A stretch of DNA of 64,000 nucleotides from an uncultured Opitutia bacterium (GTDB lineage: Bacteria > Verrucomicrobiota > Verrucomicrobiia > Opitutales > Opitutaceae), in the NCBI GenBank assembly GCA_903825285.1, contig CAIJZY010000048.1:8231-72230 (forward strand), given 5' to 3'. The position numbers were made by a program, and so were the translations under genes. Below, in pieces: positions 63,440 to 64,000 of the stretch; positions within the stretch are counted from its first letter, which is position 1; every line of letters begins with the position of its first letter. Below the pieces are notes generated by a model, which saw only the letters and a program-made list of their open reading frames with translations, was not told the DNA's origin and made no database searches.

Positions 63440-63982
63440 ATGATCACCAAAGTCGAACTCAAGCAGCGTCAGGATGAGGCGTTCGCCTTCTTTCGGAAGG
63501 CCGGCCTCGTCATCACCCCCGCCGAACACGCACAGATCGAGGTCGCCGACTTCGGGCTGAGCGAGTTCACGCGCACGGGCCTGGGCGTGCTGGTCTACGT
63601 CAACACGCTTCGCTGCTGCGCGAAGGAACTCGCGATGTGGCCGCGCCAGACGTGCCCGGAACACCGCCATCCCAATGTCCGCGGGCAACCCGGCAAGGAG
63701 GAGACGTTCCGCTGCCGCTGGGGCCGCGTCTACCTCTATGTCGAGGGCGCGCCGGCCGCGGCGCCGCACTGCCGCCCGCCCGCGGGCCGCGAGGCGGCCT
63801 ACACGGTCTGGCACGAGGTCGTGCTGCAGCCGGGCGAGCAGTACACCATCCAGCCGAACACCAAGCACTGGTTCCAGGCCGGCGACGAGGGCGCGGTGGT
63901 GTCCGAGTTCTCCACCCACAGCACGGACGAGAACGACGTCTTCACCGACTCCGCCATTGGCCGCGAAACCAAGATTCTCTGA
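63440..63982 (+). CDS. D-lyxose/D-mannose ketol-isomerase family cupin
   Basis: IEVADFGLSEF...VYVNTLRCCAKELAMWPRQTCPEHRHP...GKEETFRCRWGRVYLYVEG...YTVWHEVVLQPGEQYTIQPNTKHWFQAG closely follows the YdaE-type lyxose isomerase sequence as I remember it. Confidence 0.85.
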   Translation: MITKVELKQRQDEAFAFFRKAGLVITPAEHAQIEVADFGLSEFTRTGLGVLVYVNTLRCCAKELAMWPRQTCPEHRHPNVRGQPGKEETFRCRWGRVYLYVEGAPAAAPHCRPPAGREAAYTVWHEVVLQPGEQYTIQPNTKHWFQAGDEGAVVSEFSTHSTDENDVFTDSAIGRETKIL

Positions 63983-64000
63983 TCCGACCGACTGATCGAT

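Overview
GC-rich chromosomal segment (about two-thirds G+C by eye), densely packed with about 60 protein genes on both strands. The gene content and protein sequences look like a Verrucomicrobia/Opitutaceae-type organism, but I cannot verify that. I found no rRNA, tRNA, CRISPR array, integrase or transposase. The many 100-1500 aa extra ORFs in the track are GC-driven shadow frames.

Recognisable genes:
- Stress, proteolysis and redox: htpG, clpP-like, trxB.
- Transport: livFGMH plus two tandem binding proteins, an LptF/G-type permease, a POT peptide transporter.
- Envelope and lipid: dgkA, phospholipase A1, lpxA, an amidase, a VanY-type peptidase.
- Metabolism: xylA, aroB, pdxA, adenine deaminase, proB.
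- Translation and nucleotides: infC, frr, pyrH.
- Fe-S assembly: a Fur-family gene followed by sufCBD-sufT, and an IscA-type carrier.
- DNA: a UvrD-type helicase.
- Fluoride response: a fluoride riboswitch driving crcB-DUF190-EamA.

Most interesting observations:
1. An 11-gene same-strand operon led by a DeoR-family regulator gene (49171-63982). It mixes cytoplasmic glycosidase-like proteins of unclear family, a class-II aldolase homolog with a changed catalytic motif, a stand-alone lipoyl-domain protein, a TPP-dependent E1 alpha/beta pair split by a PhyH-type dioxygenase, and a D-lyxose/mannose isomerase-type cupin. No E2 catalytic domain, E3, kinase or transporter is in view. I propose it as a candidate uncharacterised sugar or glycoside catabolic system.
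2. A pervasive class of intergenic repeats with 7-nt periodicity (GTTGAAA, GTAGCGA, GTCAGAG and other words). They often form long inverted repeats that reach to within a few nucleotides of start codons. They go together with G-poor leaders that mostly lack a Shine-Dalgarno sequence.
3. A MITE-like element with a perfect 33-bp inverted repeat, and a separate perfect 24-bp hairpin.
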